DNA from: Lytechinus pictus | Taxonomy: Eukaryota | DNA: 64,000 nucleotides | NCBI RefSeq assembly: GCF_037042905.1 | Contig: NC_087261.1 | Span: forward strand, 9,982,001-10,046,000 | Reading direction: 5' to 3' | In this document: positions 1 to 12,964 of the stretch, one piece after another | Layout of the letters: each line of letters opens with the position of its first letter | How positions within the stretch are numbered: the stretch's first letter is position 1 | Translations under genes and position numbers: made by a program | Notes under the pieces: model-generated | The model's input: the letters and a program-made list of their open reading frames with translations, nothing else | Databases searched by the model: none | What the model was told of the DNA's origin: nothing

Positions 1-299
1 GTAGGGTTTATAGACAGTGCAAAGCGAGTGCGAGGTTAACTGGTTGATAGCACCAGTACCTCATATGCTGTGAAGATGTCGGCACTAAACACAACTCATG
101 GTGACAAAGAACATTGAGAGATGCACCTTTTTTTCTTGAGGACGTAAGAAGATTTGGAAGAACACTCAAACAACCACTTCGTGACTGCCATGGGAAATCT
201 TGTTATCTAGATTTGAGGTTTGTGAGTTGCGATAAGCTCGATTAGTATAGCAAAAGCTGGGTTAGTGTGGCAACACCGGTCAAAAATAATAAGTTAACA

Positions 300-860
300 C
301 ACCACTTTCATCTGGTACGGCCCTGGTCATTGGATTCTGGCTTGCCCACGAGAGGTTATTTACTTTCTCCACTCCCTGGGGAGTATTCCAGCAAGACCTA
401 CCAAGCTTAATTGCCGAGCATACTACATTGGTTTTTACATCCTACTAGAATGAAGTATCCTTTTCGATGGAGATTGGCGTATGGTAGATTGAAAAATCTT
501 TCTCCACTCCTTGGGGAGTATTCCAGCAAGACCTACCAAGCTTAATTGCCGAGCATACTGCATTAGGTTTTACATCCTACTAGAATGAAGTACCCTTTTT
601 CGATGGAAATTGGCATAGAGTAGTTTGAAAACTTCCTCCGCTCCCTGGGGCATAATCCAGCAGGTGTTACCAAGCTCAATTTTTGTTAGCATAATGTATT
701 AAAATTGTCTCCGGCTATCTGGCTATCCAATGAAAACCTGGGTGGAGAGTGGCAAAGAGCGGATGGATGTCTTGCCAAAGGATGATGCTGCAATGATAGA
801 AATAGAATAGAAAACACGAACCTTTGATTGCAAGTGAGAGCAGCTGCGAACACCCACCAG
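300..860 (-). mobile_element. Degenerate SINE-like element with an about 135-bp segment in three tandem copies
   Basis: CTCCACTCCCTGGGGAGTATTCCAGC...ACCAAGCT recurs at about 367, 502 and 636; followed by CCTGGGTGGAGAGTGGCAAA. Confidence 0.5.
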
Positions 861-3800
861 TATAGTTCTCCAGCTTGATCAATAGTGTGAAGATGGTGAG
901 ATCAATAGGTCCACACCCATCCTGGATAGGAACAATACCAAAGGGATCAGAGTTAACAATTCAGTCTGATGAGTTGCAATTTTCAGTCTGTGAACCTGAT
1001 CAGAGTATTACAAGGTTGGTGAAATGTCATCATGTTGTTAACAAATCGCATTCAAGAGACTTCTCATTTGGAATAGTTTCAGTTTGAGAAACTTGTTGTA
1101 TCATTACATACTTGATGAATTACCATCTAATTTATTCAAACGGATTGTGAAAGGGAAGAGAGGGGATTCGAATTGTTTTTACCATGAAGAATTCGGCTGA
1201 ATGTAACGTTTTTATTACATATTATGCAAGATGATACCAGTGTTGAGATTCAGCTTTCATTTTGGGAACTCTTATAAATGCTGATATATTTAAAAATATG
1301 CAGTAAAATAGAAGAATGGGGTATCAGAAGACCATTTCTTGAAGGTTAAAGGTCACTTGACAATAGAGTGAAACAATTTTTTTTAATATGTGCAATTTTG
1401 AGAAGCGCCATTGATGAGGAATCGTCAATGAGTCGATATGTGCTTTGTGAATTAACAGTGGCCGTTGTCCAGGATATGGCAGTACATGTAACTAACATGG
1501 ATAAAGGCCAAACTTCAACTTCAAGTACATTTCAATTTACTTCACTATAATACCTCGCACTGATACACAGAATGTTTTCATCCCGGGATGGCTTTGATGC
1601 TGCTGAAAGGAATTATTCTGCAAGGTTTGAGGTTCAAACTGAAGAATTCCAAATTTCCTTCAAATATTGGAGAGATGTGTATATCTCCAGATCAACACAA
1701 GATTGAACTTTCATTTCCATCTGTTCAAGATTGAAAGAGACAATATTTTTTAATGCTTGTAACTTATATAAATGCTGCCGAGTGTCAACTTCATGCAACT
1801 CTATAAAGAAAAAGAACTTTATTCTTTGTAACTGAACCTGTACTTGTAATATTTCGTGGAAGTATAATGAAACAATTCCTGGAACTCTTTTTACGTAAAG
1901 TAATATTAAGTTATTGCCCAATGTAACTGCATTATTGTTGATTCCTGTGCAAAGCCCATTGATTTTAAGAATGCAGTAGTCAACATGAATCAGTTGTACC
2001 ATTTGACATTGTGGTTACACATCATGTGTATTTGTATTTTCATTGTACACAGTTGCAGGGAAGAAAAAATGTATTTGATTTCTATGAAATCTTGATTTTT
2101 GTTTACTTTATTGGTCGAACCAAAGTACATTTCTTGCCAATGTGTAATCAAATGAATAGAGTGCATTGTAATGCCCTCAAAGCTGATGTATGGTCATTAA
2201 GATGTTTGTAAAGTTACAAATGTCTTCATTCAAGACTGGAACATGTTCTCAGATGCTAAGTCAGCTACATAGGGATATATCATTTAACACAAGAAAGGAT
2301 CACCAGTCCATTACACCAGTACATTATGTAGCTTTATTGATTACTTTTGATGACTTGTGCATCACTAGATTCAGGAAACCTCCAAAAAGGAAATTGTCAC
2401 ATTTTTAATTTGGTATAAAATTGATATTTTTACAGCATGCTCACAATATTGATGGATGTATAAAGCATGTTACATAAATACACTAGCATTATACACAATT
2501 GTGTAGCAATATGAAAAGTATTGCAATTTTATATCTACTTCGGGCCCCTATGCCATTGACGTAACCCCCATGCCATTAAAAGTACCCACACAAATGAAAC
2601 ATGATTACAGTTTCATTGGGGGATTTCAAGTTTGGTGTTGGTGTTAGGTCAATTTTAATGTCAACATAGCACCAAACTTAAAATGCAGCTGGTACACGGA
2701 TGAATTTCACTAGGTTGAGGTGTCAATAACGTGATCGTGATAAATTTTATGAACTGAGAATAGGTTTTGAAGCTAGGAGAAGCGATTTCCCTCCTACACC
2801 TACACCTAACTTGCAATCAACTATTCTGTGGTCAATTTGTTTCTACACTGAACTTTGTCAATAATTGCACAAACACTTCAAACAAGTTACTCTACTTAAA
2901 ACAATTTCATTAAAAAGAAACAGCATTCTGGAGGATCTGAACTTTTTTCTCTTATGTTAATATCAACTTCTCTGGTGGTTTTCTGTAGATCATTTTTGGA
3001 GGGAGAAATTGGCTAGAAGTTGTGAAATCTTTTCTAAAACTCACCATTCGTTGCAATGATCATAGGATTTTTAAAGATATTTATTTCATTTAATTCATTT
3101 GTTTATTGTTATTTATTTTCCCTTTTTTATAGTTTGTAAAATTATTTATTATATTTATTTTTTATTATTTTGATTATTCATTTATTATTATTATTATCAT
3201 TATTATAATCATTTTTATTATTATCATTATTATTATTTCTATTATTAATATTATTTTCATTCCCTTTTTTTTTTGAGGGGGGGGGTTGACTTAGCTTATT
3301 AAATTCAGAACCCTAAAGTACGTGTTTGCCAGATTCGTCTAATAATCTGCACACCCATTATTCATTTTGTTTTAATTATTATAAATGCAAATTTTAATCA
3401 ATTTGCATTCTGAATGTGAAAGTGAAAGTAATATCAAATCTGTAAATTGACTATAGGCTTACTAAATTGGTAACACCGTCATTTATTGCTGTTTATGATT
3501 AGCAATCTTATAAATCACAAATGTTGTTCCTCTGGAATCTGGATGCACAATCTCCAAATTCAATATACATGTATGAATATGTATTAAAAAGCAACTGCTA
3601 ATGTACTTGTTGTATCATAATTTGAAACATTGTTTTATTTTATACAAGAACATTTTCTTGCTGTCATGATATTCATGAAAATAATTTGACTGAGCCTGTA
3701 ATAAATATCAAAATTTATCATATATTTTTAATTGTGCNNNNNNNNNNNNNNNNNNNNNNNNNNNNNNNNNNNNNNNNNNNNNNNNNNNNNNNNNNNNNNN

Positions 3801-3951
3801 NNNNNNNNNNNNNNNNNNNNNNNNNNNNNNNNNNNNNNNNNNNNNNNNNNNNNNNNNNNNNNNNNNNNNNNNNNNNNNNNNNNNNNNNNNNNNNNNNNNN
3901 NNNNNNNNNNNNNNNNNNNNNNNNNNNNNNNNNNNNNNNNNNNNNNNNNNN

Positions 3952-4820
3952 NTCCTGATGTTGGTGGTGATGAGGATGATAATGATGATAGTAGTGATGT
4001 GTATGATGATGATAACATTGGGATGATGATAATGATGACAATGGACTGATGATGGTGATGATGATGATAGCAATAGTGATGGTGGTGGTGATGATGATGA
4101 TGATCATGATAGTCCTGATGTTGGTGATGAGGATGCTNNNNNNNNNNNNNNNNNNNNNNNNNNNNNNNNNNNNNNNNNNNNNNNNNNNNNNNNNNNNNNN
4201 NNNNNNNNNNNNNNNNNNNNNNNNNNNNNNNNNNNNNNNNNNNNNNNNNNNNNNNNNNNNNNNNNNNNTGACCCGGAGGAGACAATGATAGGAGGGGCAC
4301 TGTATTGTTTGTGAACAATGCTGTGCCCCTCCAATGCTTTGTCTCCTCCGGGTCACGGTCCGCCACTGATGATGATCATGATAGTCCTGATGTTGGTGGT
4401 GATGAGGATGATGATAGTAATGGTGATGTGTATGATGATGATTATGATAACATTTGGATGATGATAGTGATGACAATGGACATGATGGTCATGATGATGA
4501 TAGCAATAGTGATGGTGCTGGTGGTGGTGGTGATGATGATGATGGTCATGATAATGTTGGTGATGTTGAGGATGATTCTAAGTGTGGTGATGGCGATTAT
4601 GGTGGTGGTGATGACAAGGATGGTTACTTGTGATGATGATTGTGGTGGTGGTTGTTGAGATGGTGGTGATGATGGTGATGATTTTGATGGGTTGATGATC
4701 CGAATGACGGTGAGGAGGAGGATGAGGGTTGTGATGATATTGATGTCGATGGTGATCAGTTTGTGGATGATCGTGGTGATGTGAAGATGAATCTGCGGTG
4801 ATGTTGATGAATTTGGTTAA
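3952..4820. repeat. (GAT/GGT)n low-complexity region next to assembly gaps
   Basis: Trinucleotide repeats; a similar block lies at 62260-62830. Confidence 0.9.
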
Positions 4821-5473
4821 TTGGGGACTATCGTCCATAACTCTGGGCGGGCGGCGAGGGGGGGGGGGGGTCCCTGGTAAAAGATAAACCCAAAACTATG
4901 AAAATGTGGACAGATTTTGTACTTGATATTACACCTTTGCGTGTTAGATATGCAAGGAGGCAAAAGGCGCGACCCACGTTTATTACTCCATGGTCGATCG
5001 TTTTTGTCGAGAACTTTTTATTTACTTTTTTTACAAAGTGAACTATTAACCCCCGCCCCACAAAAAAGTGTAGGCCGATGGGCTTGATTATACGGATGAA
5101 ATTAATTAATTTAGTGAATTGATAATTACTTTCTGAATTGTAAGTATCACCCATAAATTCTATGAACATAAATTTTTATAAGGTATCAATAATAGTCCAA
5201 ATAGGCATAATCGTGATAGTGAGACAGCTATCTTGGATCGGGTATTGTTCTTTAATGTGATAATGTGCCAAAATTCAATTCATTCATGTGTAGAACTTGT
5301 TAAACGAGACAATTGCGTTCAGATGATTATCATCAGGTTTCAGTAATGTTTTATGTTTAATAGTCAGTTTGGAGTAATAATGGGCTGGTGTGTCATTCAT
5401 CTTTATGTACTAGGCATATCGATATGATAATGAGACAGCTGTAGTTTCATATTCCCTTGTAGTTGTTCAGCTG

Positions 5474-5926
5474 CATGGGCGGAAATCCCAGGGGGACGCG
5501 CCCCCCTACCCAAAATAGTAAGGGAGACACAAAATCAAATGTCCCCCTACTATTTTTTGTCTTTTATGATGGAAAGAAATACATCACTCAAAATCGAATT
5601 GAAACATGTATTTTGGACGAGATGACCTTACTTTTTTGGTGATCACATTTTTGTTTGCTTGTTAAATTTATTTTGGTCGACATGACCTTACATTTGGGGT
5701 GATAACTTTTTTTTGGCTTGTCAAATTTATTTTGGTGGAAATGATCTTACATTTTGGGTGATAAATTTTCTTTCTTTCTTTTTCCTTTTTGCTTGACAAA
5801 TTTCTTTTGGTCGAAATTACCTGACATTTGGGGTGACATCCTTTTTTTATTTTCAATTGTCAGATTTTCCAGCCCCTGGTCCCCCTACCTTTGGGGAAAG
5901 ATTTCCGCCCCCGGGTTCGGCCCTTG
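5474..5926. mobile_element. Short member of the same TIR family
   Basis: CATGGGCGGAAATCCC start, GATTTCCGCCC near the end, TSD TTCAGCTG at 5466-5473 and 5927-5934. Confidence 0.75.
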
Positions 5927-7179
5927 TTCAGCTGAATATACATGCAAAATTATCATTTTCTTCGGACAAATGTAATTTATCATTTTGCAGGGGCTTCAAG
6001 CAGGGCCCTTGGAACGATTTTTAGTGGGGGTGCTGATGTAAATTTGAAAAGCAAAAAAAAAAAAAGAGGTCAAATTGTTCCCGAGAAATTTGAAAAGCCC
6101 CCCCAAAAAAAAAAAAAAAATTAAAAAAAATCTACAAAATGAAGTTCAAATCTAAATGCATTCCAAATTCAAATGATATATAAATTCAGAATTCGGTTGT
6201 TCCCTAACCACAGACATGGGCGGAAATCCCAGGGGGGGGGGGGGGCAGGGGGACGCATCCCCCCTACCATTTTGGAAAGGGGGGGGACATGATATCAAAT
6301 GTCCCCCCTACTATTTGTGGTCTATGGAAAATAATACATAATTCAAAATCGAAATTATACACATGTATCCTCGAATTTCGAAATATATATGAAACAGATA
6401 GTTTTTGTTAAGAACTTGGATAGGAAAAGAAAAGGCATACCGGCCCGATTATTATCGAACTCGCATCTAGCCCTATATGCCAGCCAAAGAGTGATGACAT
6501 TGATGACATCGATGGCTATTGTCAATTTCATAACTAATAAAAATGACGACAAAAGAAAATCGCCTCTGAATACTAATCAGTGAATTTAGTGCATAGATGG
6601 TAGACGAGAATGTTCCATACCCCGTAAAAACATACCTTTGTTAAACCAATTCATTTTCCCTTTATTCCAAATTTACTTGGAATATAAGAATATTTTCATT
6701 GTTCGCGTACTCAGTAAACAAGAATAGTTTTCATGAGTTATGATTAACCCTTCGCAGTGAATTTCAACTATGTTCAATCCCCCAAAATTTGTTTTTAAAT
6801 ACTTTATCAACGAGACTTTTATATTCCATTTTTACACAAAATTCCTGCCGTTGGAGGGGTCATCGTAGGTAGATCATGGAGGCGAAGCGGCGGCCCGCCC
6901 CTTATTGGTGGCGCAAAATAGGAAGGTGAGGAGAAAAATTAGAAGAAAGATAGGACGAGGAAGAAAATTAAATGATGGAAGGGGAGGGGAATAATTGGAA
7001 AAAACAGAAAACTTTCAGGTCATAGTACAAAAATAAAAAAAATCGCTCGTTTAATACACAGCCATCTCTTTATTTAAAAACGTGCTTAATTTTTTATTCA
7101 CTTTTTGGATCGAAATATATAAAATAAAATCATTTATTTAGGAAGATATCCATCTTTTTCATAATTTGTAGGTTTAAAT

Positions 7180-8335
7180 CTTAAAAAAAATTAGCTCCCG
7201 CTTTGCGCTCTCATTGCTTATTGAGATAAACTGCTTCTTCTTTATTTCAAAAGTGCTTGAAAGATCCAGCTTTCAGATCTGAATATAAAAAATCATTTCG
7301 TGCTTCGCGCTCGCATCAGTAATATGGTTGAGTCAGATACTATCCTGTTTATTGCTATAATGTGAAAAGAAGATGACTTTTTGGGTCGGAAAATAAAAAA
7401 ATCAGGATACGCTTTGCGCTCACATTAATTGAAATTTAGTTAGATAGCTACCCTGTCCTTGATTTTAAAATATGCTAATAATACAAATTTTTAGGCCGGA
7501 AAGGACATATCTTCAGCACACACTTCGCGCTCGAATCTAATATTGTTTAGTAAATTCCTATCCTGTTCATGATTTGAAAAAGTGTTACGATTATCCAGTT
7601 TTAGGTTGGAAAAGACAAAACTTTCAGCTCTCGCTTCGCGCCCGCATTAATTGTTTAGATTCCTATCCTGTTCATACTTTTTTTTTAAGTACTAAGAATG
7701 TCTAGTATTTAGGTTGGAAAATAAAAAAACTTTCAGCTCGCGCTTCGCGCTCGCATTAATTGATTAGATTCCTATCCTGTTCATATTATTTTTAAGCTAT
7801 GAATGTCCAGTTTTTAGGTTGGCGCTCGAATCTAATCTAATAAGCAATGCGAACGCAAGCGCGGGCTAATTTTTTTTAGGTTGGAAAAAAAACTTTCAGC
7901 TCGTGCTTTGCTCTCGCATTCATTGTCTAGATTCCTATTCCGTTCATTATTTAATGCTAAGAATGTCCAAATTTTAGGTTGGAAAATCAAAAACTTTCAG
8001 CTCGCGCTTCACGCTCGCATTAATTGTTAAGATTCATATCCTGTTCATATTCTTTTTAAAGTCCTATGAATGTCCAGTTTTAGGTTGGAAAATCAAAAAC
8101 TTCACTCAGCTCGTGCTTCGCGCTCGCATTCATTGTTTAGATTCATATTCCGTTAATTATAAAGTGCTAAGAATGTCAATTTTTTAGGTTCTCGCGCTTC
8201 GCGCTCGCATTAATGGCTTGGGTAGGTTCGAATCTAGTTCATGATCACAAAAATTGTTCAGAATGTTCAATTTCCAGGCCACAATTTATGAAAAATCAAC
8301 ATATTTGGGCTTACGCTTTGCGCTCACATTATGTA
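7180..8335 (+). repeat. About 120-bp tandem array with core GCTCGCGCTTCGCGCTCGCATT
   Basis: About 10 diverged units inside the 6215-9791 element; the same core occurs in 23040-24560. Confidence 0.85.
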
Positions 8336-8408
8336 TTGAGGCCTTTCATCTTTAGTTAGGAATACTTCCCCTCTTCGAAATATGTTTATATATATATATA
8401 TATGTATA

Positions 8409-9490
8409 GTGTGATGATAAGTTTACTTCTACCGATCGCTGTTGAGTTTTGAATATTAAACATAATGAGATGAGGCGAGGCCAACTCAACAGATGACGCA
8501 GGACACCATTATTTGCTTTAGCTTTCGTATAATATAGCTTTTAATTACTCTCCCTTCATTGCATTTCTGGAGAACCCGCATCCCCTGCATGCATGGCAGT
8601 TTACTGCTAATGATTATCAGAACTGAAGTGGGCAGTTCTGATAATCATTCCACAGATGATATTCAAATTGTAGGAATAGAACTTATCAGTAAACAACATG
8701 AATCAATCATACTCAAACGAGAGTCATATTGGATTCTGAAACTTAAGACCCTTGTACCAAACGGCATCAATATAGAAGAATAGATATTTTCTAATTAACC
8801 TCAATCGTGTGTCACATTTGTTACATCAGTGTCACTAATTAAATGATTAAATGATTTTTTAAATACTTATTGTTATGTATTTGTTAGGTGCTTTCTAGAT
8901 GACCCAAGCTTGAGAAGTGAGACTTTTGGTCATTACGCGAATTATCAACAATTATATTTATAATCTTTACTCAATTTGATTTCAAAATTTATATCGTTTC
9001 ATAGAGATTTAATTACTATGCTTGTAAGAAACAATGTTTTCGTCATCATCCTCCAGCTTACGATATCTAATATCATGAATATTCATATTCATTGTGACAT
9101 AAATTATATGCGCTTTGCGCTTTCACCACCTAGCAACCAATGTTTCATTTTGCAATTTTTGCCACTTTCCTAAAGAACGAGATAGGATACGGTCATACTT
9201 GACTATCACAATAGTCTGTAATTACAGATATGTCTTCTTCATTTATATCATTATTATTTTAATTGAATTAATTATTTATTATTCATTAATTTATTTATCT
9301 GTTCATTCATTAATTTGTCATTATGGAATATATTCAACTTGGTGATAATTCATTGATGTGCAAAACAAACTTGGATGTTGTATCTCCTTATATTTTTCAG
9401 ACGCTTCTGACGAAGTCTCAATTAAAAGACGAAAGATAAAGCAAATAATGGTGTCCTGCGTCATCTGTTGAGTTGGCCTCGCCTCATCTC

Positions 9491-9495
<5 letters not shown>
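8409..9495 (+). mobile_element. 5'-truncated Penelope-like retroelement with inverted pseudo-LTR
   Basis: ORF remnant ending RESYWILKLKTLVPNGIN, typical of the PLE GIY-YIG C-terminus; 67-bp inverted repeat 8462-8528 vs 9429-9495; flanked by (TA)n; hammerhead motif present. Confidence 0.8.
9403..9442 (+). ncRNA. Minimal type-I hammerhead ribozyme motif
   Basis: GCTT-CTGACGA-A-GTCT-loop-AGAC-GAAA-GA-TA-AAGC: stem I GCTT/AAGC, stem II GTCT/AGAC, conserved core. Confidence 0.7.

Positions 9496-9562
<67 letters not shown>
9494..9562. repeat. (TA)n microsatellite
   Basis: Seen directly. Other microsatellites: (ATTC)n 38182-38245, (CAT/CTT)n 20540-20680, (CTT/CCT)n 59803-59960. Confidence 0.95.
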
Positions 9563-9565
<3 letters not shown>

Positions 9566-9814
9566 ATCAAACTAAATGAAGAATAGTCAAAGAATGCTCC
9601 AATATTTGAGCATTCTTTGACTATTCTTAATTTATTTTGATTATTATTTTCTTTCCGTGACGGGGGACATACTTCGTTATTTCATCGTGTTTATATATAA
9701 ATGTATATATATAGTTAGTAATTCTGTAGAACATAAAAACGGAAAACTCAATTGTGTCCCCCCTACCTTCAAGGAAAGATTTTCCCCCATGACCACAGAC
9801 GATCTTGTTTCACT

Positions 9815-10245
9815 TTGTCTCGCCTGCAAAGCAGCGCGATACTATAGGCGCCGCTTTTCCGACGGAGGCGGCGACGACAACGGCGGCGTCGTCAACATTG
9901 ACATCTTACCTAGGTTAATTTTCTTAAATGTCATCATAATTTAGAAAGTGTATGGATCAAGTTCATAAAACTTGGACATATTAATGGGTAATCAAGTATT
10001 ACTAAACATCCTGAATGAGTTTCAGGTAATATGACCTAGGTCAAAGGTCATTTAGGGTCAATGAACTTAGACCATATTGGGGAATCACATCGAAATCTTA
10101 ACCATGCAAGGTTAATTTTCTTAAATGTCATCATAATTTAGAAAGTTTATCGATCTAGTTCATGTAACTTAGACAGAAGAGCAATCAACTATCACTAAAA
10201 AACCTGTGTGAGTTTTAGGTCACATGACCAAGGTCAAAGGTCGTG
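9815..10245 (+). mobile_element. Helentron/DINE-like non-autonomous element fragment
   Basis: T-run, then subterminal hairpin (TCGCCTGC-AAA-GCAGCGCGA), GGC microsatellite and two about 190-bp tandem units with GGTCAAAGGTC. Confidence 0.45.
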
Positions 10246-10716
10246 TTGGGTGAAGTAGGGAGGTTATTTTGGTCATATAGGGGGGGGGGTCGATTTTTTT
10301 TTGGAAGGGGGAGCTTGAGCGATTTTTATTAATGGGGGGGGGGGGGGGCTTCAGTCCCCAAAGCTCCCCCTAGAACCGCTTGTGCCAGTGGGTGGCGTTC
10401 CACTTGTGGATGATTCTGACATCGGTGTGAATTGCCCACAATAACAATTCATTGTTATTAATTTTTTATCGGCAATTCACACAACATGCGGTGACAATGG
10501 TCATCAGCCATTTTCTATACAGTATCGATTGCAATAATCACTGAATATCGAATGATTAATCAATAGGCGTGGAACTCGGATGTATCACGTTGTCACGAAT
10601 ATTCATAAGTGCTTCTATTGCATGCACGAAGTCAAAAGGAAGACTACTCGTATTGAAATGATTGGTGGGCCCGATTTTCATTTCAACATTAGTTCTGTGA
10701 AGAAAGCGTTTCATCA

Positions 10717-10831
10717 ATGGCTCGTTTGAAAGTAATGCCTTTCTTTCTCATGATGTCCGGTTTACGTCTTTATGAAGTGTTTGTATTTGCACAGGAAACA
10801 TCCACAAATATATTGAATCCCGAAACTATTG
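10717..10831 (+). CDS. SRCR membrane receptor, coding exon 1 (signal peptide)
   Basis: ATG at 10717 opens MARLKVMPFFLMMSGLRLYEVFVFA-QETSTNILNPETI. It ends at a strong G|gtaaga donor in phase 1, matching the phase-1 acceptor at 14793. A reverse CCAAT box (ATTGG) lies at 10661. Confidence 0.65.
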
Positions 10832-12714
10832 GTAAGAAACATATCTAATTATTAAGATGAATTCTTCAAACACCTACAAGGTCTAAACAAATTTGATTTA
10901 GAATATACAGGCCGACACACCTTGTTACTTTTGTTCTTTAGGACTTTAGCATTATTTTTATTTGTCAGATCGTACGTAATGTCCCCTATTTTAGATTGTT
11001 CGAAAATGCAATAATGGGGCCAAATATACTCCAAACATATACCTTTCCTCATTTTTTTGTAGAATAATGATGCAATTTATTTGGAGGTTATTTGTTTTAC
11101 ATTAAATATTCATATGAAATTTTATAAATGTGTTAATATTCCGAAAGGAAATAAACAAGAAAAAAGGGGGAATGAAAATATAATGTATCGCAATATCGAA
11201 CCCGATCGAAAGGGGAGGGGGTATCATCATCATAATTATCCTACAGCACAGATAAGGAGGATGAGATATAATTATGCTGTTTAAAATTTTAAGCACGTTC
11301 TTTAAACCCGTCACTCTAACAACAAACTGCTTAAACTTTAAAACATTTTGTAAAACTTTAAAAAGAATTGTCTAAACCGTTTAAAAACAACTTGTTTAAG
11401 ACTTTCAATAAGAATGACGGGGAAAACGTGCCAAAAAAATAAACAGCGTGTTATATAGTGTAGCCTGTATGTGTTACGCTCCAAGGGAAAGGTATAATGA
11501 GTTATTGATGAGATTTATAAAAATCGATGCCCTAGAAATATGCTCTAGGCCTACAGGTTTCATTAATTTGATACAAAACTATACAGTATTTAATTACGGA
11601 ACAACCCTTCAATATTATTTACTTGATTTAAAAACTGTAAGCACGAAATTTAAGCCAGTCGCTCTAACAACTATTTTTTTACACTCTAAATTCCAAGGAT
11701 TTAAAATACATCCAGATCTGCTGGAATAGTGACCAGCCGAATATTAGATTTAGATTTAAACCTTGCTGATTTAGATATAAATCTAAAAGATTTGAATTTA
11801 AATCTTTTGAGATTTAAAAGTTAATCCTTAAATTCGGCTGGTCACTATGCACAGCCGATCTGGATTTATTTTAAATCCTTGGAATTGAGAGTGTAAGTTT
11901 TAAACAAGAATAATTTTTTTTTTGTTCTTTGTAAGTGCATTCGTCCTTCCCAGCTGCATTATTTGTACCCCTAATTTTGCACGGTAGAAGGCAGTGAAGA
12001 AAAACTGTCGCCACAAAATAGTTTAAACAGTTTAAAGAATAAACAATTGAATAAAAAAGTTTGGACATTTTTTTTAAGTTTGAACAACATTTTGTAAGAG
12101 TGATGGGCTTAAACAAGGCGCTTAATATTTTGAATATAGTTTTTTAATTTTCAAGATTGCATCAGCTCTTTACTGTATGCACACTCTAAAAAACACTGAG
12201 TAAAATTTTACCCAATATTGGGTAGAAAGGAAACATGTTTGCTGGGTTTTTTTTTTAGAGTGCGGGGATTGTTAAAAATCAGCCTTTTTACATTTTTCCT
12301 TCATGTTCTTCATTTATGTAATTGACATTAAAGTAGTAGGCCTGTCATTTTTCTCCGTCATATTTTCCTGAAGGCTATGGATACAAAGAAATTGTCCCTT
12401 TCTGCATGTGATAGCGTTTTCCTCGTTTTCTTTTCCGAAGCGTCATTTTTGTTCTCTGTAAGTGCATTCGTCCTTCCAAGCTGCATTATTTGTACCCCTA
12501 ATTTTGCACGGCAGAGGGCAGTGAATAAAAACTGTCGCCACAAAATAGAGCTAGTGTTATATATACTTAACCCGATTTAGGATATAGTTTTTAGCTAAAT
12601 ATGGGCCTAACCCCCCCCCCCCATGATCGGGCAGGATTACACCATATTGGCTGTCAGTTCCTCTAGCATGTCTGGGTTTCCAGTTTATACACGCTATGAA
12701 GAATAATGTCACGA

Positions 12715-12964
12715 CGGTGGAGTACAGATGGGGGGGGGGGGGGCGCTTGCCCCTCCCCCAAAAAATCACGAACAAGAAAAAAAGGAAACATAAGGAAAGA
12801 TAGAAGCGTGGAATATGATATTGCTTTCTGAATATTATGTCAAATCTATCACAATTTTTTTTTTTTTGTAAAGATTTTTTTTTGCTCGCTCGCAACTTAA
12901 AAAAAAAAAATCCCGATACGCCATATCTGCCCCCTCAAAATGTTTGGCTCTCATCACGCCACTG
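12715..12964. mobile_element. hAT-like MITE (CAGTGGCGTA-type ends)
   Basis: TSD TGTCACGA/TGTCATGA; related copy at 15232-15467 with TSD ATAGGCAC/ATTGGCAC. Confidence 0.72.

Larger units (their letters stand above)
6215..9791. mobile_element. 3.6-kb non-autonomous TIR DNA transposon (hAT-like 8-bp TSD) with nested inserts
   Basis: CATGGGCGGAAATC...GATTTTCCCCCATG termini; exact TSD ACCACAGA at 6207-6214 and 9792-9799. Confidence 0.85.

Noticed and set aside
1-3737. Possible terminal exon and long 3' UTR of an upstream gene
   Set aside because: There is only a 12-codon open stretch and an AATAAA near 3700, which is not enough to support a call.
3686-4838. His/Asp/Met-rich ORFs here and at 61914-62901
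   Set aside because: Artefacts of (GAT)n repeats and N-gaps.
7180-8335. Regularly spaced conserved motif resembling a CRISPR array
   Set aside because: The spacers are homologous to each other, so this is a tandem repeat inside a transposon.
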